From: an uncultured Acidimicrobiaceae bacterium
GTDB lineage: Bacteria; Actinomycetota; Acidimicrobiia; Spongiisociales; UBA5794
Assembly: GCA_947259365.1 (NCBI GenBank)
Contig: CAMYMC010000042.1
Location: 19,954 to 83,953 of the forward strand
DNA length: 64,000 bases
Direction: 5' to 3'
Shown piece by piece: positions 20,312-31,100 of the stretch. Under the pieces are notes generated by a model. The model had not been told where the DNA came from and did not search any database. It saw only the letters and a list, made by a program, of their open reading frames with translations. Positions within the stretch are counted from its first letter, which is position 1; the number at the start of each line of letters is the position of its first letter. The position numbers and the translations under genes were made by a program.

Positions 20312-21223
20312 ATGGCGCTCACCACTGGCCGCGGGCTCCGGATCGCGTACGAACTGACGGGCGACCCCTCCGGCCCCCACGCCCTGATCGTCTCCGGCCT
20401 CGGCCGCCAGCTCATCGAGACGGCGATCGGGCTGCGCGAGATGCTCGTCGCCGCCGGCCTCGGAGTCGTCCGGTTCGACAACCGGGACGTCGGCCTCTCC
20501 ACCCACCTCGACGGCAAGATCGATCTCAGCAAGGTCCGCCGCAACATCGACGCCGGGTTGGCTCCGGAGGTTCCATACCGCCTCGAGGACATGGCCGACG
20601 ATGCCGTTCGCGTCATCGACGAACTCGGGGTACATCGCGCCCACGTCGTCGGCTTCTCGATGGGAGGCGCGATCGGCCAGGTGATGGCGGTCCGCCACCC
20701 CGACCGTGTTGCCACGTTGACGTCGATCTCGTCGACGACGGGCGACCCCACGGTCGGACAACCGGACGCGGCGGGGAAGCGAGCACTCTTCACAGCGCCT
20801 CCACCCGATCCCGAAGCTGCGATCGACACGCTGGTCGAGGCGCGGCGGGTCATCGCGTCTCCGGGCCAATTCGTCGAATCCGAAGCCCGCGCCCTCGTCG
20901 CCGCCGCCGTCCGCCGAGCCTTCGACCCCGCCGGCACGGGGCGTCAGCTCGCCGCGTTGTGGGCGGCGGGCAACCGCACGGGATCGCTGCGTCGCGTCGT
21001 CGCGCCGACGCTCGTGATCCACGGTGACGCCGACCGCCTCGTCGATCCGTCGGGGGGCCGAGCCACCGCCGCTGCGATCCGCGGTGCCCGGCTCGTCGAG
21101 ATCGTGGGCATGGGCCACGACCTCCCGGCCGAATACCTCGATCGCGTCGGTCGTGAGATCCTCGCCCACATCGTCGCGGGAGAAGAATCGGGCCCGGCGA
21201 GTCGGCACGGTGCAGGCGGGTAG
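20312..21223 (+). CDS. alpha/beta hydrolase
   Basis: GFSMGG nucleophile elbow; HGDADRLV. Confidence 0.75.
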   Translation: MALTTGRGLRIAYELTGDPSGPHALIVSGLGRQLIETAIGLREMLVAAGLGVVRFDNRDVGLSTHLDGKIDLSKVRRNIDAGLAPEVPYRLEDMADDAVRVIDELGVHRAHVVGFSMGGAIGQVMAVRHPDRVATLTSISSTTGDPTVGQPDAAGKRALFTAPPPDPEAAIDTLVEARRVIASPGQFVESEARALVAAAVRRAFDPAGTGRQLAALWAAGNRTGSLRRVVAPTLVIHGDADRLVDPSGGRATAAAIRGARLVEIVGMGHDLPAEYLDRVGREILAHIVAGEESGPASRHGAGG

Positions 21224-21235
21224 CCTCGCGGCTCC

Positions 21236-22141
21236 ATGACCGCCGTCATCGAGACCCGGGGGCTCACGAAGTACTACGGCACCGTTCGCGGTGTCGACGA
21301 CCTCGACCTCGTCGTCGAGAAGGGCGAAGTCTTCGGCTTCATCGGGCCGAACGGTGCGGGGAAGTCGACGACGATCCGCCTCTTCCTCGATTTCATCCGC
21401 CCCACCGCCGGCGCCGCCCGCGTGCTCGGGCTCGACACGAGGGCCGATTCGATCGAGATCCGCCGCCGCGTCGGCTACCTCCCCGGCGAGCTCGCGATGT
21501 ACGAACGGATGACGGGACGGGAGATGCTCCGTCACTTCGCCGCGCTGCGGCGACTCGACGGCCTCGGCGAGGCAGTCGAGATCGCGGAGCGCTTCGATCT
21601 CGACCTCGACCGCCGGATTCGCTCCTACTCGTCGGGGAACCGCCAGAAGCTCGGCCTCGTCCAGGCCTTCATGCACGGCCCGGAGCTGCTGATCCTGGAT
21701 GAGCCCACCAATTCGCTCGACCCCCTCATCCAGCAGGACTTCTACACGATGGTGGACGAGCTCCAGGAGGAGGGGCACACGTTCTTCGTCTCCTCCCACG
21801 TCCTCCCCGAGGTGGAGCGGATCGCCGACCGGGTCGGCATCATCCGCCGGGGCAGGCTCGTCGTGACCGAGACCGTGGCCGAGCTGAAGGCGAAGGCGGT
21901 GCGTCGTCTCGAGCTGTACTTCTCCGAGCCGGTCGGCGACGATGCGTTCGCAGCATTGCCGTCGGTGCGCGCGGCCGTCTCCCACGATGGTGGACGGGCC
22001 ATCGAGCTCACGATCACCGGCAGCGTCGACCCCGTCGTCAAACTCGCCTCCCGCTACGAGGTCGAGCGGCTCGTCTCGCGCGACGGTGAACTCGAGGAGG
22101 CGTTTCTCGCCTACTACGAGGAGGACGGCCGTGCTCGATAG
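21236..22141 (+). CDS. ABC transporter ATP-binding protein
   Basis: Walker A GPNGAGKST; signature SSGNRQKLGL; Walker B LLILDEPT. Confidence 0.9.
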   Translation: MTAVIETRGLTKYYGTVRGVDDLDLVVEKGEVFGFIGPNGAGKSTTIRLFLDFIRPTAGAARVLGLDTRADSIEIRRRVGYLPGELAMYERMTGREMLRHFAALRRLDGLGEAVEIAERFDLDLDRRIRSYSSGNRQKLGLVQAFMHGPELLILDEPTNSLDPLIQQDFYTMVDELQEEGHTFFVSSHVLPEVERIADRVGIIRRGRLVVTETVAELKAKAVRRLELYFSEPVGDDAFAALPSVRAAVSHDGGRAIELTITGSVDPVVKLASRYEVERLVSRDGELEEAFLAYYEEDGRAR

Positions 22142-22934
22142 CGTCTTCGCCAGGCGCATCTGGGAACGGCGTACCGGCTACGTCTGGTGGCTGCTCGGAC
22201 TCGTCGCCCTCATCGGGATCACTGTCGCCTTCTGGCCAACGATCCAGCGGGACACCGACGCCCTCGGCCAGCTCTTCGAGTCGTTGCCGCAGGGCTTTCT
22301 CGCCATCTTCGGGGCCGACGACATCGAAACCCTCTTCACGGCCTCCGGGTTCATCAACAGCCGCATGTACTCGAGCGTCGGGGCGATCATCGTGGTGTTC
22401 TTCGCCATCTCGATGGGGACCCAGGCCGTCGCCGGCGAGGAGGACAAGCGCACGCTGGATCTGCTGCTCGCCCAGCCGGTGTCGCGGCGCTCCGTCGTCC
22501 TCGAGGGCTTCTTGGCGATGGTGGTGATGACGGCGGGTCTCGCCGCAGCGGTCTTCCTCGTCCTCGTCGTCTGCGACCCGCTCGTCGGCCTCGATCTCCC
22601 CCTCGAAGGGCTCTTCGCCGCCACCGTCGGCGTGGTGCTCCTCGCCCTCGTGTTCGGGTCCCTCTCGCTGGCGGTGGGCGCGTTCTCCGGCAGCCGGGCG
22701 CTGGCGATCGGGGTCGGGGCCGGGGCGACCTTCGGGACGTTCTTCATCAACGGGCTCGCCCCCCTCGTCGACGCCATTGCGTGGACCCAACGGCTCACCC
22801 CGTTCTTCTGGTTCCTCGACTCCCGGCCTCTCGACAACGGCTTCTCGTGGCACTTCCTCGTCTTGGCTGCCGTGGTCGCCGTCTTTGTCGCCGGTGCGGT
22901 GTGGGGGTTCGAGCGTCGCGATGTCTCGGTGTGA
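22131..22934 (+). CDS. ABC-2 family transporter permease
   Basis: GTG start overlapping the ATPase stop; 6 predicted TM helices. Confidence 0.7.
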   Translation: MLDSVFARRIWERRTGYVWWLLGLVALIGITVAFWPTIQRDTDALGQLFESLPQGFLAIFGADDIETLFTASGFINSRMYSSVGAIIVVFFAISMGTQAVAGEEDKRTLDLLLAQPVSRRSVVLEGFLAMVVMTAGLAAAVFLVLVVCDPLVGLDLPLEGLFAATVGVVLLALVFGSLSLAVGAFSGSRALAIGVGAGATFGTFFINGLAPLVDAIAWTQRLTPFFWFLDSRPLDNGFSWHFLVLAAVVAVFVAGAVWGFERRDVSV

Positions 22935-22958
22935 GGCGGCCGGGCATCGCCCGGGGCC

Positions 22959-23666
22959 GTGGCACCGATGACAGCTCGATACCCATCGGTCGCACCGGGC
23001 GCCGTCCCGTGGCTGAGTGTCGAACAGATGGTCGAAGCCGACCGGCTCGCCGTCGACGAGTTCGGCATCGATCTCCTCCAGATGATGGAGCACGCCGGCT
23101 CGGCGCTTGCCGAACTGACCCACCGTCTCTTCCCCACCGGGAGGATCGCCGTGGCGGCCGGCGGCGGGAACAACGGCGGCGGCGGGCTCTGCGCGGCGCG
23201 GCACCTCTCCAACCGAGGACGGGCCGTCACCGTCGTCATCACCACTGACCGGCCCGGGGCGGCCGCCGCCCATCATCTCCGGACCCTGGAGGCCATGGGA
23301 GTCGCCCTCACCGCCGAGCCGGGACCCACCGAGATCGTCGTCGATGCCATGGTCGGGTACGGGCTCGCCGGCCCGTTGCGAGGCCGGGTGGCAGAGGTGG
23401 CGGGCTGGATCGGGCGCCGCCACGTCATCTCGCTCGACTTTCCGTCGGGGCACGGTTTCGCAGGCGCGGTCGCCGCCGACGCCACGCTGACGCTCGCCCT
23501 GCCGAAGGAGGGGCTCCGCCACCTCCGGCCGCTCTGGCTCGCCGACCTGGGGCTGCCGGCGGCGCTCTGGGAGCGGATGGGCCTCGCCGTTGCCCCGGTG
23601 TTCGCTGCCGGTCGGATCGTGCGAATCGACGGCGACGCAATTCCCGTTCCGCGAGATTCCGGATAG
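22959..23666 (+). CDS. NAD(P)H-hydrate epimerase (YjeF N-terminal domain)
   Basis: AAGGGNNGGGGL; DAMVGYGL. Confidence 0.75.
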   Translation: MAPMTARYPSVAPGAVPWLSVEQMVEADRLAVDEFGIDLLQMMEHAGSALAELTHRLFPTGRIAVAAGGGNNGGGGLCAARHLSNRGRAVTVVITTDRPGAAAAHHLRTLEAMGVALTAEPGPTEIVVDAMVGYGLAGPLRGRVAEVAGWIGRRHVISLDFPSGHGFAGAVAADATLTLALPKEGLRHLRPLWLADLGLPAALWERMGLAVAPVFAAGRIVRIDGDAIPVPRDSG

Positions 23667-23696
23667 GCTCCAACCACCAGGTCGACCGGACGGACG

Positions 23697-24422
23697 GTGA
23701 TGGTCGCAGCGAGCTTCAAGTGGAAGGGCCGCGAGGGCCCGATGGAACTGCGGATTTCGGGAACGACGTTCCGCCCGTCGACGATTTCCTCGCTGCTGGC
23801 CAAGGCGCTGCGCATCGATCCCGGCGACGTCGTCGTCGACGTCGGGTGCGGCTCCGGCATCCTCGCCATCGTCGCGGCCAAGCTCGGAGCCGCTCATGTC
23901 CACGCCGTCGACGTGAGCCCGGATGTCGTCGAGGTGGGCACCGCCAACGCCACCGATCATGGCGTGGCGGAGAGAATCACCTTCTACCAGGGGAGCTTCT
24001 TCTCGCCCCTGCCGCCGGACCTCGAGGCGGACGTCATCATCGGCGACGTGTCCGGAATCCCCGATCGCCTCGCCGACGAGAGCGGGTGGTTCCCCACGAA
24101 GGGAGGCGGCGGCCCGCGAGGATCCGAGGTGCCGATCAAGATGCTGGAGGAGGCCAGGCGCGTGCTCAAGCCGATGGGCCGCCTCTTCCTTCCGACCGGC
24201 ACGCTCCAGGACGAAGCGGCGATCCTCTCCGCAGCCAGGGCGGCCTTCGGCAAGGTGAAGAAGCTCGCCGAACAGGTGATCCCCTTGCCCGGCGGTCTGG
24301 CCGGCAGCGCCGCCGTTCGCGACTTGGAGTCACAAGGTGTCATCAGCCTGACCACCCGCGGCTCCCGGTTCGTGTGGACCGCGAGGGTGTGGGAAATCGG
24401 CCCGAGCCCCGGCGGGGCCTGA
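23697..24422 (+). CDS. class I SAM-dependent methyltransferase
   Basis: VVDVGCGSGILA motif I. Confidence 0.75.
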   Translation: MMVAASFKWKGREGPMELRISGTTFRPSTISSLLAKALRIDPGDVVVDVGCGSGILAIVAAKLGAAHVHAVDVSPDVVEVGTANATDHGVAERITFYQGSFFSPLPPDLEADVIIGDVSGIPDRLADESGWFPTKGGGGPRGSEVPIKMLEEARRVLKPMGRLFLPTGTLQDEAAILSAARAAFGKVKKLAEQVIPLPGGLAGSAAVRDLESQGVISLTTRGSRFVWTARVWEIGPSPGGA

Positions 24423-24433
24423 GGGAGCCTCCG

Positions 24434-25681
24434 CTACCGGTTGCGCGTCATGAGCTCGGAGAGACCGTCGCGGCCGCGCCTCGGATCGAGGAGCACCGAG
24501 GCGTGGGCTACCGAGTCCCTCCCGAATCGATCGCGTAGCGCGTCGATGTTCGAGTCGAGCCGGATCCGTTCGAGCTCGCGCGGGCTGCCGGCGCGCCGGA
24601 GCGCGCCGCCGTCGAGCCCGGGTAGCGGGAGTTCGAGCTGGACGTGGGGGTCGACCCGCAGCCCGGACACCGAGATCCCGAGGAGCCGTACCCCGCGGCC
24701 GCCGGCGACGGCGAGCCCGCGAGCGAGCAGCTCGCACGAGACGTCGTAGAGGGCGCCGGTCGTCGCCACCGGCGCCCGCAACGTGGTGGAGCGAGTGATC
24801 GACTGGAAATCCGAGAACCGGATGCGGACCGTGATCGTCCGCCCCGCCCGGTGCTTCGCGCGCAGCCTGGCGGCGACCCGATCGGCAATTGTCGCCAGCA
24901 CCCTGCGATACGTGTCCGGGTCGGTGACGTCCCGCCCGAACGTGCTCTGGGAGCCGACCGAGCGCGCCCGTCGGTCGAGCTCGAGCACCCGGGGGTCGCG
25001 GTTCCAGGCGAGGGCGTGGAGGTGGCGGCCGGTTGCGTTACCCAGCCGGTTCTTCAGGGAGGCGAGCGAGGCGACAGCGACGTCGCCGATCGTCTCGAGA
25101 CCGAGCTCGGTGAGCTTCGCCTGCATCACAGGGCCGGCGCCCCAGAGATAGCGCGTAGGGAGGCGGTGGAGGAAACGAAGCTCGCTGGCGGGGTCGACGA
25201 GCACGACCCCGTCGGGCTTGGCGACCTGGCTCGCCACCTTGGCGAGGAACTTCGTCCGCGCTCCCCCGACAGACAGCGTCAACCCGGTCTCGGCGAGCAC
25301 CGCGGCGCGCACCGCCACCGCGATGTCCCCCGTCGAGCCGAAGAGACGGTGGGCGCCGGCGACACCGAGGAATGCCTCGTCGATCGAGACCTGCTCGACG
25401 TTCGGGGTGAAACGTCGGCAGATCTCGAAGACACCGTCGCTGACCTGCCCGTAGTCGCCGAACCCGCCGGAGACGACGACGGCGCGCGGGCACATTCGCC
25501 GAGCCCGGCCGGTCGGCATCCCGGACCGGACGCCGAAGCGGCGTGCTTCGTAACTGGCCGAGAGCACGACGCCTCCACCGACGATGACCGGCTTGCCCGC
25601 CAGCGCCGGGTTGCGGAGCTGCTCGACCGAGGCGTAGAACGCATCGAGATCGACATGGAGGATGTCCGCGCTCATCCTCAT
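24434..25681 (-). CDS. dinB: DNA polymerase IV (Y-family)
   Basis: ILHVDLDAFYASVE; SIDEAFLG; 415 aa from the MRMSAD start. Confidence 0.85.
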   Translation of the reverse strand: MRMSADILHVDLDAFYASVEQLRNPALAGKPVIVGGGVVLSASYEARRFGVRSGMPTGRARRMCPRAVVVSGGFGDYGQVSDGVFEICRRFTPNVEQVSIDEAFLGVAGAHRLFGSTGDIAVAVRAAVLAETGLTLSVGGARTKFLAKVASQVAKPDGVVLVDPASELRFLHRLPTRYLWGAGPVMQAKLTELGLETIGDVAVASLASLKNRLGNATGRHLHALAWNRDPRVLELDRRARSVGSQSTFGRDVTDPDTYRRVLATIADRVAARLRAKHRAGRTITVRIRFSDFQSITRSTTLRAPVATTGALYDVSCELLARGLAVAGGRGVRLLGISVSGLRVDPHVQLELPLPGLDGGALRRAGSPRELERIRLDSNIDALRDRFGRDSVAHASVLLDPRRGRDGLSELMTRNR

Positions 25682-25730
25682 GTCCTCATCGTGGCGTGCC
25701 GGTGTGACACGAAAGCGAAGCCGGCGCACC

Positions 25731-26522
25731 TCAGGCGTCGAGGATTCGCACCTCGTCGCGCACCACCGTTCCCCCGATACCGGCGACCTCCGGGTTCCAC
25801 ACCAGCTCGATGCACGACGGGTGGCCGATCTCGTCGCCCTGGAAGATCGTGAGCCTCCCCCTCTCCTCGCCGGCATCGAGGAGGGCCGCGGCGAGGGCGA
25901 CCGCGGCGCTGCCGGTAGCCGGGTCTTCGGGCACACCGGCGCCGGGAGCGAAAAAGCGCGCCCTCACCCTGTCGTGGGCGCGGGCGAAGACGAGCGTCCC
26001 GAACACCTCGGCGAGCACGCCGAAGTCGGGGGACATCGCCGGCAGCGTCGCGGCCTCGTCGTACTCGAGGACGAGGTACTCCTTGGGCATCTCGACGAGC
26101 CAAGCGCGCACCGACGGGGGAAGGCCGGCCCTCGCCGGGAGGTCGACGGCCCCTGCGTCGCTCACCGGTTGGCCCAGCGACGCGTCCACCCAGACGAGGT
26201 CTCCATCGACGCGGATCCCGACCTCACCGACACCGCAGCGGAGGGCATCGAGGTCCATCGGACCGAGCACGTTCATCACCCAGGCCGTCCCGACGAGCGG
26301 GTGCCCGGCGAACGGCAACTCCATCGCGGGTGTGAAGATCCGCACGTACGGGACCGGGTCCTGCCCCCATACGACGAAAGTCGTCTCCGAGAAGCCGAGG
26401 TCGGCAGCGATCGACTGCATCGCCCCGGTGTCGAGGCCGGTGCAGTCGTTGACGACGCCCAGGTGGTTGCCGCCTTCCTCACCCCGGGTGAAGACCCGAA
26501 GCACGTGACAGGGTCGAGACAC
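25731..26522 (-). CDS. PhzF-family phenazine-biosynthesis-like isomerase
   Basis: VFTRGEEGGNHLGVV; DAP-epimerase-like fold family. Confidence 0.7.
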   Translation of the reverse strand: MSRPCHVLRVFTRGEEGGNHLGVVNDCTGLDTGAMQSIAADLGFSETTFVVWGQDPVPYVRIFTPAMELPFAGHPLVGTAWVMNVLGPMDLDALRCGVGEVGIRVDGDLVWVDASLGQPVSDAGAVDLPARAGLPPSVRAWLVEMPKEYLVLEYDEAATLPAMSPDFGVLAEVFGTLVFARAHDRVRARFFAPGAGVPEDPATGSAAVALAAALLDAGEERGRLTIFQGDEIGHPSCIELVWNPEVAGIGGTVVRDEVRILDA

Positions 26523-26600
26523 CAGCGGAGCCTACCGACGCGGCCGCGACCGGGCCGGGCCCGGCGCCCCTCCGAGTCCGGCGGCTACCGTGCGCCGGCC

Positions 26601-26834
26601 ATGTTCGCCCAGGACGCAGTCGACATCCTCGGTCTCGACACGCTCCTCGCCCAGATGATCCTCGCCCTCGGCGCCGCCATGGTCCTCGGAAACGGCTACG
26701 CGATCTACATGCACAAGAAGGGGAAGGCGCCGGCGCGAGCTGAGGGCGAGTTCCGAGCGACCCGAGCCTGGTGGCTGTTCGGCGTCGGGGCGGTCATCAC
26801 CGTCTGGGGCGCGGCGAGCCTCATCACCGGCTGA
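26601..26834 (+). CDS. small membrane protein (77 aa, 2 TM)
   Basis: Two hydrophobic helices; 13 nt upstream of the next gene. Confidence 0.45.
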   Translation: MFAQDAVDILGLDTLLAQMILALGAAMVLGNGYAIYMHKKGKAPARAEGEFRATRAWWLFGVGAVITVWGAASLITG

Positions 26835-26846
26835 GAGGAGAATGCG

Positions 26847-27677
26847 GTGCCGGCGTGGATCTGCCGAACCTGCGCGAACCAGCACACCGACACGGCCGAG
26901 CCTCCTCCGAGCTGTGCCATCTGCGAGGACCCGCGCCAGTATGTCGGCTGGGAGGGCCAGCGATGGGCGACGCTCGACGAGCTCGAAGCCGAGGGCCACG
27001 CCTGCGACATCCGGCCCCTGGAGCCGGGACTCTACGGCGTCGGCGTGACCCCGCAGCTCGCCATCGGCCAGCGGGGCCTGCTCGTCATCACCGGCGCCGG
27101 CAACGTCCTGTGGGATGTCCCCGGCTATATCGACGACGCCGCGATCGCGACGGTGCGCGGGCTCGGCGGCATCGACGCCGTCTCGGCGTCACATCCCCAC
27201 TTCTACGGGGCCATGGTCGAGTGGGCCCATGCCTTCGACGCCGCGATCGTCCTCCCCGCGGCCGACCGGGAATGGGTGCAACGACCGGACCCGGCAGTGC
27301 GCCACTACGAGGACACCGCGCACCTCGCCCCCGGCGTCACCCTCGTCCGCTGCGGCGGGCACTTCGACGGCAGCGCCGTCCTCCACTGGACGGGTGGAGC
27401 CGGCGGCGCCGGCGTCCTGCTCAGCGGGGACACGCTGACCGTCGTCCAGGATCGGGACTGGATCTCGATCATGTGGAGCTACCCGAACCTCGTCCCCCTT
27501 GATCCGTCCACGATCCGTGACGTGCTCGGGCGGGTCGACGCCCTCGCATTCGATCGTGTCTACGGCGGCTGGTGGGGCCGCGTGGTTCGCCGCGGGGCCA
27601 AGGAGAAGGTGAGGCGATCGATCGAGCGCTACCTTCGCATGATCGAGAGCGAGGCAACCGGTGGCGGGGAGGCGTGA
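26847..27677 (+). CDS. MBL-fold metallo-hydrolase with N-terminal CxxC...CxxC zinc ribbon
   Basis: CRTCANQH...CAICED; HPHFYG metallo-beta-lactamase His motif. Confidence 0.65.
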   Translation: MPAWICRTCANQHTDTAEPPPSCAICEDPRQYVGWEGQRWATLDELEAEGHACDIRPLEPGLYGVGVTPQLAIGQRGLLVITGAGNVLWDVPGYIDDAAIATVRGLGGIDAVSASHPHFYGAMVEWAHAFDAAIVLPAADREWVQRPDPAVRHYEDTAHLAPGVTLVRCGGHFDGSAVLHWTGGAGGAGVLLSGDTLTVVQDRDWISIMWSYPNLVPLDPSTIRDVLGRVDALAFDRVYGGWWGRVVRRGAKEKVRRSIERYLRMIESEATGGGEA

Positions 27678-27727
27678 CAGAAGCGGGCCGGGCGGCGCTC
27701 CACCGACCCGGTACAATCGACGGGCCC

Positions 27728-27801
27728 GCGGGTGTAGTTCAACGGTAGAACGTCAGCTTCCCAAGCTGAAGACGGGGGTTCGACTCCCCTCACCCGCTCC
27801 A
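27728..27801 (+). tRNA. tRNA-Gly (anticodon CCC)
   Basis: GCGGGTGTAGTTCAACGGTAGAACGTCAGCTTCCCAAGCTGAAGACGGGGGTTCGACTCCCCTCACCCGCTCCA. 7-bp acceptor stem, anticodon loop TTCCCAA, TPsiC arm GGGGGTTCGACTCCCCT, encoded CCA. Confidence 0.9.
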
Positions 27802-27872
27802 CGTCGCGAGCCGCCGCAGACGTGCCGGGCGCCGGTAGGCTCGCGGCGCCGGCCGGCCGGTAGCGACCACAC

Positions 27873-28442
27873 ATGATCTTCTCGGACCACACCATCAAGG
27901 AAGCGGTTGCCCTCGGCCGCATCGTCATCGACCCCTTCGACGAGTCCATGGTGCAGCCGTCCAGCGTCGACCTGCGGTGCGACCGCTTTTTCCGGGTCTT
28001 CGAGAACCACCGCTACCCGCACATCGACCCGAAGGCGCCCCAGGAGGATCTGACGACGCTCGTCGAGGCATCCGAGGACGAGCCGTTCATCCTCCACCCC
28101 GGCGAGTTCGTCCTCGGGACGACGCTCGAGGTCATCGGGCTCGGCGACGACGTCGTTGCCCGGCTCGAGGGCAAGTCGAGCTTGGGGAGGCTCGGGCTGC
28201 TCATCCACAGCACCGCCGGCTTCGTCGATCCCGGGTTCAAGGGCCAGGTGACGCTCGAGCTCTCGAACGTCGCCAACCTCCCCATCGCCATCTACCCGGG
28301 CATGGCGATCGGCCAGGTCAGCTTCTACGAGCTGACGACACCGGCCGACAACCCGTACGGATCGGCCGGGCTCGGCTCGAAGTACATGGACCAGACCGGC
28401 CCGACGCCGAGCCGCATGCACGAGAACTACGAGGAAGGATGA
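27873..28442 (+). CDS. dcd: dCTP deaminase
   Basis: [11 protein letters not shown]...; [11 protein letters not shown]; dUTPase-like fold. Confidence 0.85.
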   Translation: MIFSDHTIKEAVALGRIVIDPFDESMVQPSSVDLRCDRFFRVFENHRYPHIDPKAPQEDLTTLVEASEDEPFILHPGEFVLGTTLEVIGLGDDVVARLEGKSSLGRLGLLIHSTAGFVDPGFKGQVTLELSNVANLPIAIYPGMAIGQVSFYELTTPADNPYGSAGLGSKYMDQTGPTPSRMHENYEEG

Positions 28443-28521
28443 TGGGCGCGCCGGCGGCGACTCTCGCCCAGCGTGCCTGCCCGGCGTCGCCGCTCGCGGC
28501 ACGCGATGAGGAGGGTGCACG

Positions 28522-29712
28522 GTGAGGGCACTGGTGCTGGGAACCGGCATGCAGGGCCGGGCCGCGATCCATCATCTCGCACGCAGCACGTCCGTCACCG
28601 AGGTCACAGCCGCCGACCGGGACCCCGACGCCATCGCCGCGATGCGAGAGCTGGTGCCGGACACCGACAAGGTGCGCCCCGAACGGCTCGACGTCGGCGA
28701 CCGGGAAGCCTTGGGAAAGGTGCTCTCAGGCGGTTTCGACGTCGTCGTCGACCTGCTGCCGGTGGCGCTCAGCGGACTGGCTTCGGCGGCGGCAGTCGAG
28801 GCCGGTGTCCACTGGGTGAACGCCAGCTACCCGACCGACGACCTCCGCCGTCTCGGCCCCGCTGCCGAGGAGGCCGGGGTGATCCTCCTCCCCGAGCTGG
28901 GCATGGACCCGGGCGTCGATCTCGTGTTGCTGGGCGACGCGGCGCGCCGGTTCTCACGCATCTCCGCGGTCCTCAGCTACGGAGGCGGGATACCGGAGCC
29001 CGAGGCGGCGGACAACCCGCTCCGTTACAAGATCAGCTGGACCTTCGAGGGCGTTCTCCGCTCGTATCGCCGCGCCGGCGTCCTGGTGCGTCACGGCGAC
29101 GTGGTCCATGTCTCGGACCGGGAGCAGTTCGCACCGGAGCATCTCCACGAGGTCAACGTCGAGCGAGTCGGCCCGCTCGAGGCCGCCCCCAACGGCGACG
29201 TCCGGCCCTACCTGGCGGCGCTGGGCCTCGAGCCGGAGGCGATGGCCGCCGCCGGGCGCTTCACGTTGCGCTACCCCGGCCACGCGGCGTTCTGGCGCCC
29301 GCTCGTCGACCTCCATCTCCTCGACGAGGAGCCCGTCCGCGTCGACGGGACGCTCGTCGATCGCAGGCGGTTCCTCGCCCGGGCGCTCGAGCCCCACCTC
29401 CAGTACGGCCCCGACGAGCGTGACCTCGCCATCTTGCGGGTCGAGGTGGCAGGGACCCGCGAAGGCCGCGAGGAGCGAGTCATCACCGAGGTGGTGGACC
29501 GCCGCGACCTCGAGACCGGGCTCACCGCCATGGGGCGCCTCGTCGGCTTCTCGGCATCCATCGGCGCACAGATGATCGGACGCGGTGAGATCCGGGAGCC
29601 GGGCCTCCGATCGCCGCTCACCGACGTGCCCGCCGGCGCCTTCCTCGAGGCGCTGGAGGCCGAGGGTGTCCACGTCCTGCGAAGCGTCGTGCCCGACACC
29701 GGCACCGGCTGA
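28522..29712 (+). CDS. saccharopine dehydrogenase family NAD(P)-binding oxidoreductase
   Basis: N-terminal Rossmann VLGTGMQG; about 400 aa. Confidence 0.65.
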   Translation: MRALVLGTGMQGRAAIHHLARSTSVTEVTAADRDPDAIAAMRELVPDTDKVRPERLDVGDREALGKVLSGGFDVVVDLLPVALSGLASAAAVEAGVHWVNASYPTDDLRRLGPAAEEAGVILLPELGMDPGVDLVLLGDAARRFSRISAVLSYGGGIPEPEAADNPLRYKISWTFEGVLRSYRRAGVLVRHGDVVHVSDREQFAPEHLHEVNVERVGPLEAAPNGDVRPYLAALGLEPEAMAAAGRFTLRYPGHAAFWRPLVDLHLLDEEPVRVDGTLVDRRRFLARALEPHLQYGPDERDLAILRVEVAGTREGREERVITEVVDRRDLETGLTAMGRLVGFSASIGAQMIGRGEIREPGLRSPLTDVPAGAFLEALEAEGVHVLRSVVPDTGTG

Positions 29713-29856
29713 GGCCGCTCCCCCGTCACCGCGAACGGCTGCGGCCGACGAGCCGGCCGGCTCCTCCCCGGGGTCTTCGGTGCGGCGACCGAGCTGACGG
29801 TCATGCCTCGGTCCCGCCGCGTACGATCGAGGGGCACAGCACCGAGGGAGCACACA

Positions 29857-31086
29857 ATGTTCGACGTCCTTCTCTCCGACCATGAACGCGAGATCAAACA
29901 ACGCGCCCGCGCCTTCGTCCGGGACGAGATCGACCCCGAGTTCCTCCGCGACCTCGACCGGGAGGTCATCACCTTCCCCCACGGCTTCCACCGCAAGGTC
30001 GCCGGTGCCGGGCTCTACGGCATCCGGTTCCCCGTGACCCACGGGGGCCTCGGCATGGGGTGGACCGCGGAGGTTGCCGCCCTGGAGGAGATCGGCCCCC
30101 TGGGCATGGTCCTCGGGTGCCAATACTCGATGCCGTCGATCGTCGGTGAGGCGCTCGTCCACTTCGGCACCGACGACCAGAAGGCGCGGTTCCTCGAGCC
30201 GATGTTGCGGGGGGAGCTCATCGCCGCCGAGGCCCTCACCGAGCCCCGGGGGGGATCGGACTTCTTCGGTGCCACGACGATCGCCCGCCGCGACGGAGAC
30301 GAGTGGATCATCTCCGGGGCGAAGCGGTTCATCGTCGGCGCAGAGGGAGCCGACTTCTTCCTCGTGTACGCGAAGACCGCGCCGGACAACCCGCCCCACG
30401 AATCGCTGTCGGTGTTCCTGGTGGAGAGGGACCGCGGCGTCGACGTCGAGCACGTCTTCGGCCTCATGGGGGCGCGGGGCGGCGGAACCGGGCGAATCAC
30501 CTTCCTCAAGGTGCGGGTGCCGCACGAGAACCTCGTCGGGCGCGTCAACGGCGGGCGCGAGGTGTTCGACCGCATGATGATCCCGGAGCGGATGACCTCC
30601 GCGGCGGCGTGCCTCGGCGGCGCCAGGGCCGCCATCGACGTCGCCGCCGACTACTCGATGAAGCGCAAAGCGTTCGGGCGCCCGATCCGCCGGTTCCAGG
30701 CCGTGAGCCACAAGGTGGCCGACTCCGTCACCAAGCTCGACGCGGCGCGCGGGCTCGTCTGGGCGGCGGCAAAGACCATCGACGCCGGGCTGGCTCACCG
30801 CCGCCTGGTGAGCGAGGCGAAGAAGTTCTGCACCGAGACGGCGTGGGACGTCGTCAACGACGCGATGCAGATCATGGGAGGCATCGGCTACACCGACGTG
30901 TACCCGATCGAGCGGATGCTGCGAGACACGAGGCTGGCGATGATCTGGACGGGGACCTCGGAGATCATGGCCAACCTCATCCAGCACGAGTACTACGACG
31001 AGCTCGCGGATGCGATGAAGCACCGCAGGGACGTCGAGGCCGATGCCCTCCACGCCGACGCGGTCGCGGAGAAGGTCTACGAGTAG
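29857..31086 (+). CDS. acyl-CoA dehydrogenase
   Basis: RBS GAGGGAGCACACA before ATG 29857. ACAD motifs ([12 protein letters not shown]). Confidence 0.85.
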   Translation: MFDVLLSDHEREIKQRARAFVRDEIDPEFLRDLDREVITFPHGFHRKVAGAGLYGIRFPVTHGGLGMGWTAEVAALEEIGPLGMVLGCQYSMPSIVGEALVHFGTDDQKARFLEPMLRGELIAAEALTEPRGGSDFFGATTIARRDGDEWIISGAKRFIVGAEGADFFLVYAKTAPDNPPHESLSVFLVERDRGVDVEHVFGLMGARGGGTGRITFLKVRVPHENLVGRVNGGREVFDRMMIPERMTSAAACLGGARAAIDVAADYSMKRKAFGRPIRRFQAVSHKVADSVTKLDAARGLVWAAAKTIDAGLAHRRLVSEAKKFCTETAWDVVNDAMQIMGGIGYTDVYPIERMLRDTRLAMIWTGTSEIMANLIQHEYYDELADAMKHRRDVEADALHADAVAEKVYE

Positions 31087-31100
31087 CGTCGGGGCGGCCC

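Noticed and set aside
20180-23960. Long minus-strand ORFs (659 aa and 640 aa) across the hydrolase/ABC transporter region
   Set aside because: Arg/Gly/Asp-rich composition typical of antisense frames of high-GC genes. The plus-strand genes have clear Walker motifs and domain signatures.
27728-27801. Possible genomic-island junction at tRNA-Gly
   Set aside because: No integrase, no repeated tRNA 3' fragment and no composition shift visible downstream within the window. Flanking genes are housekeeping (dcd).
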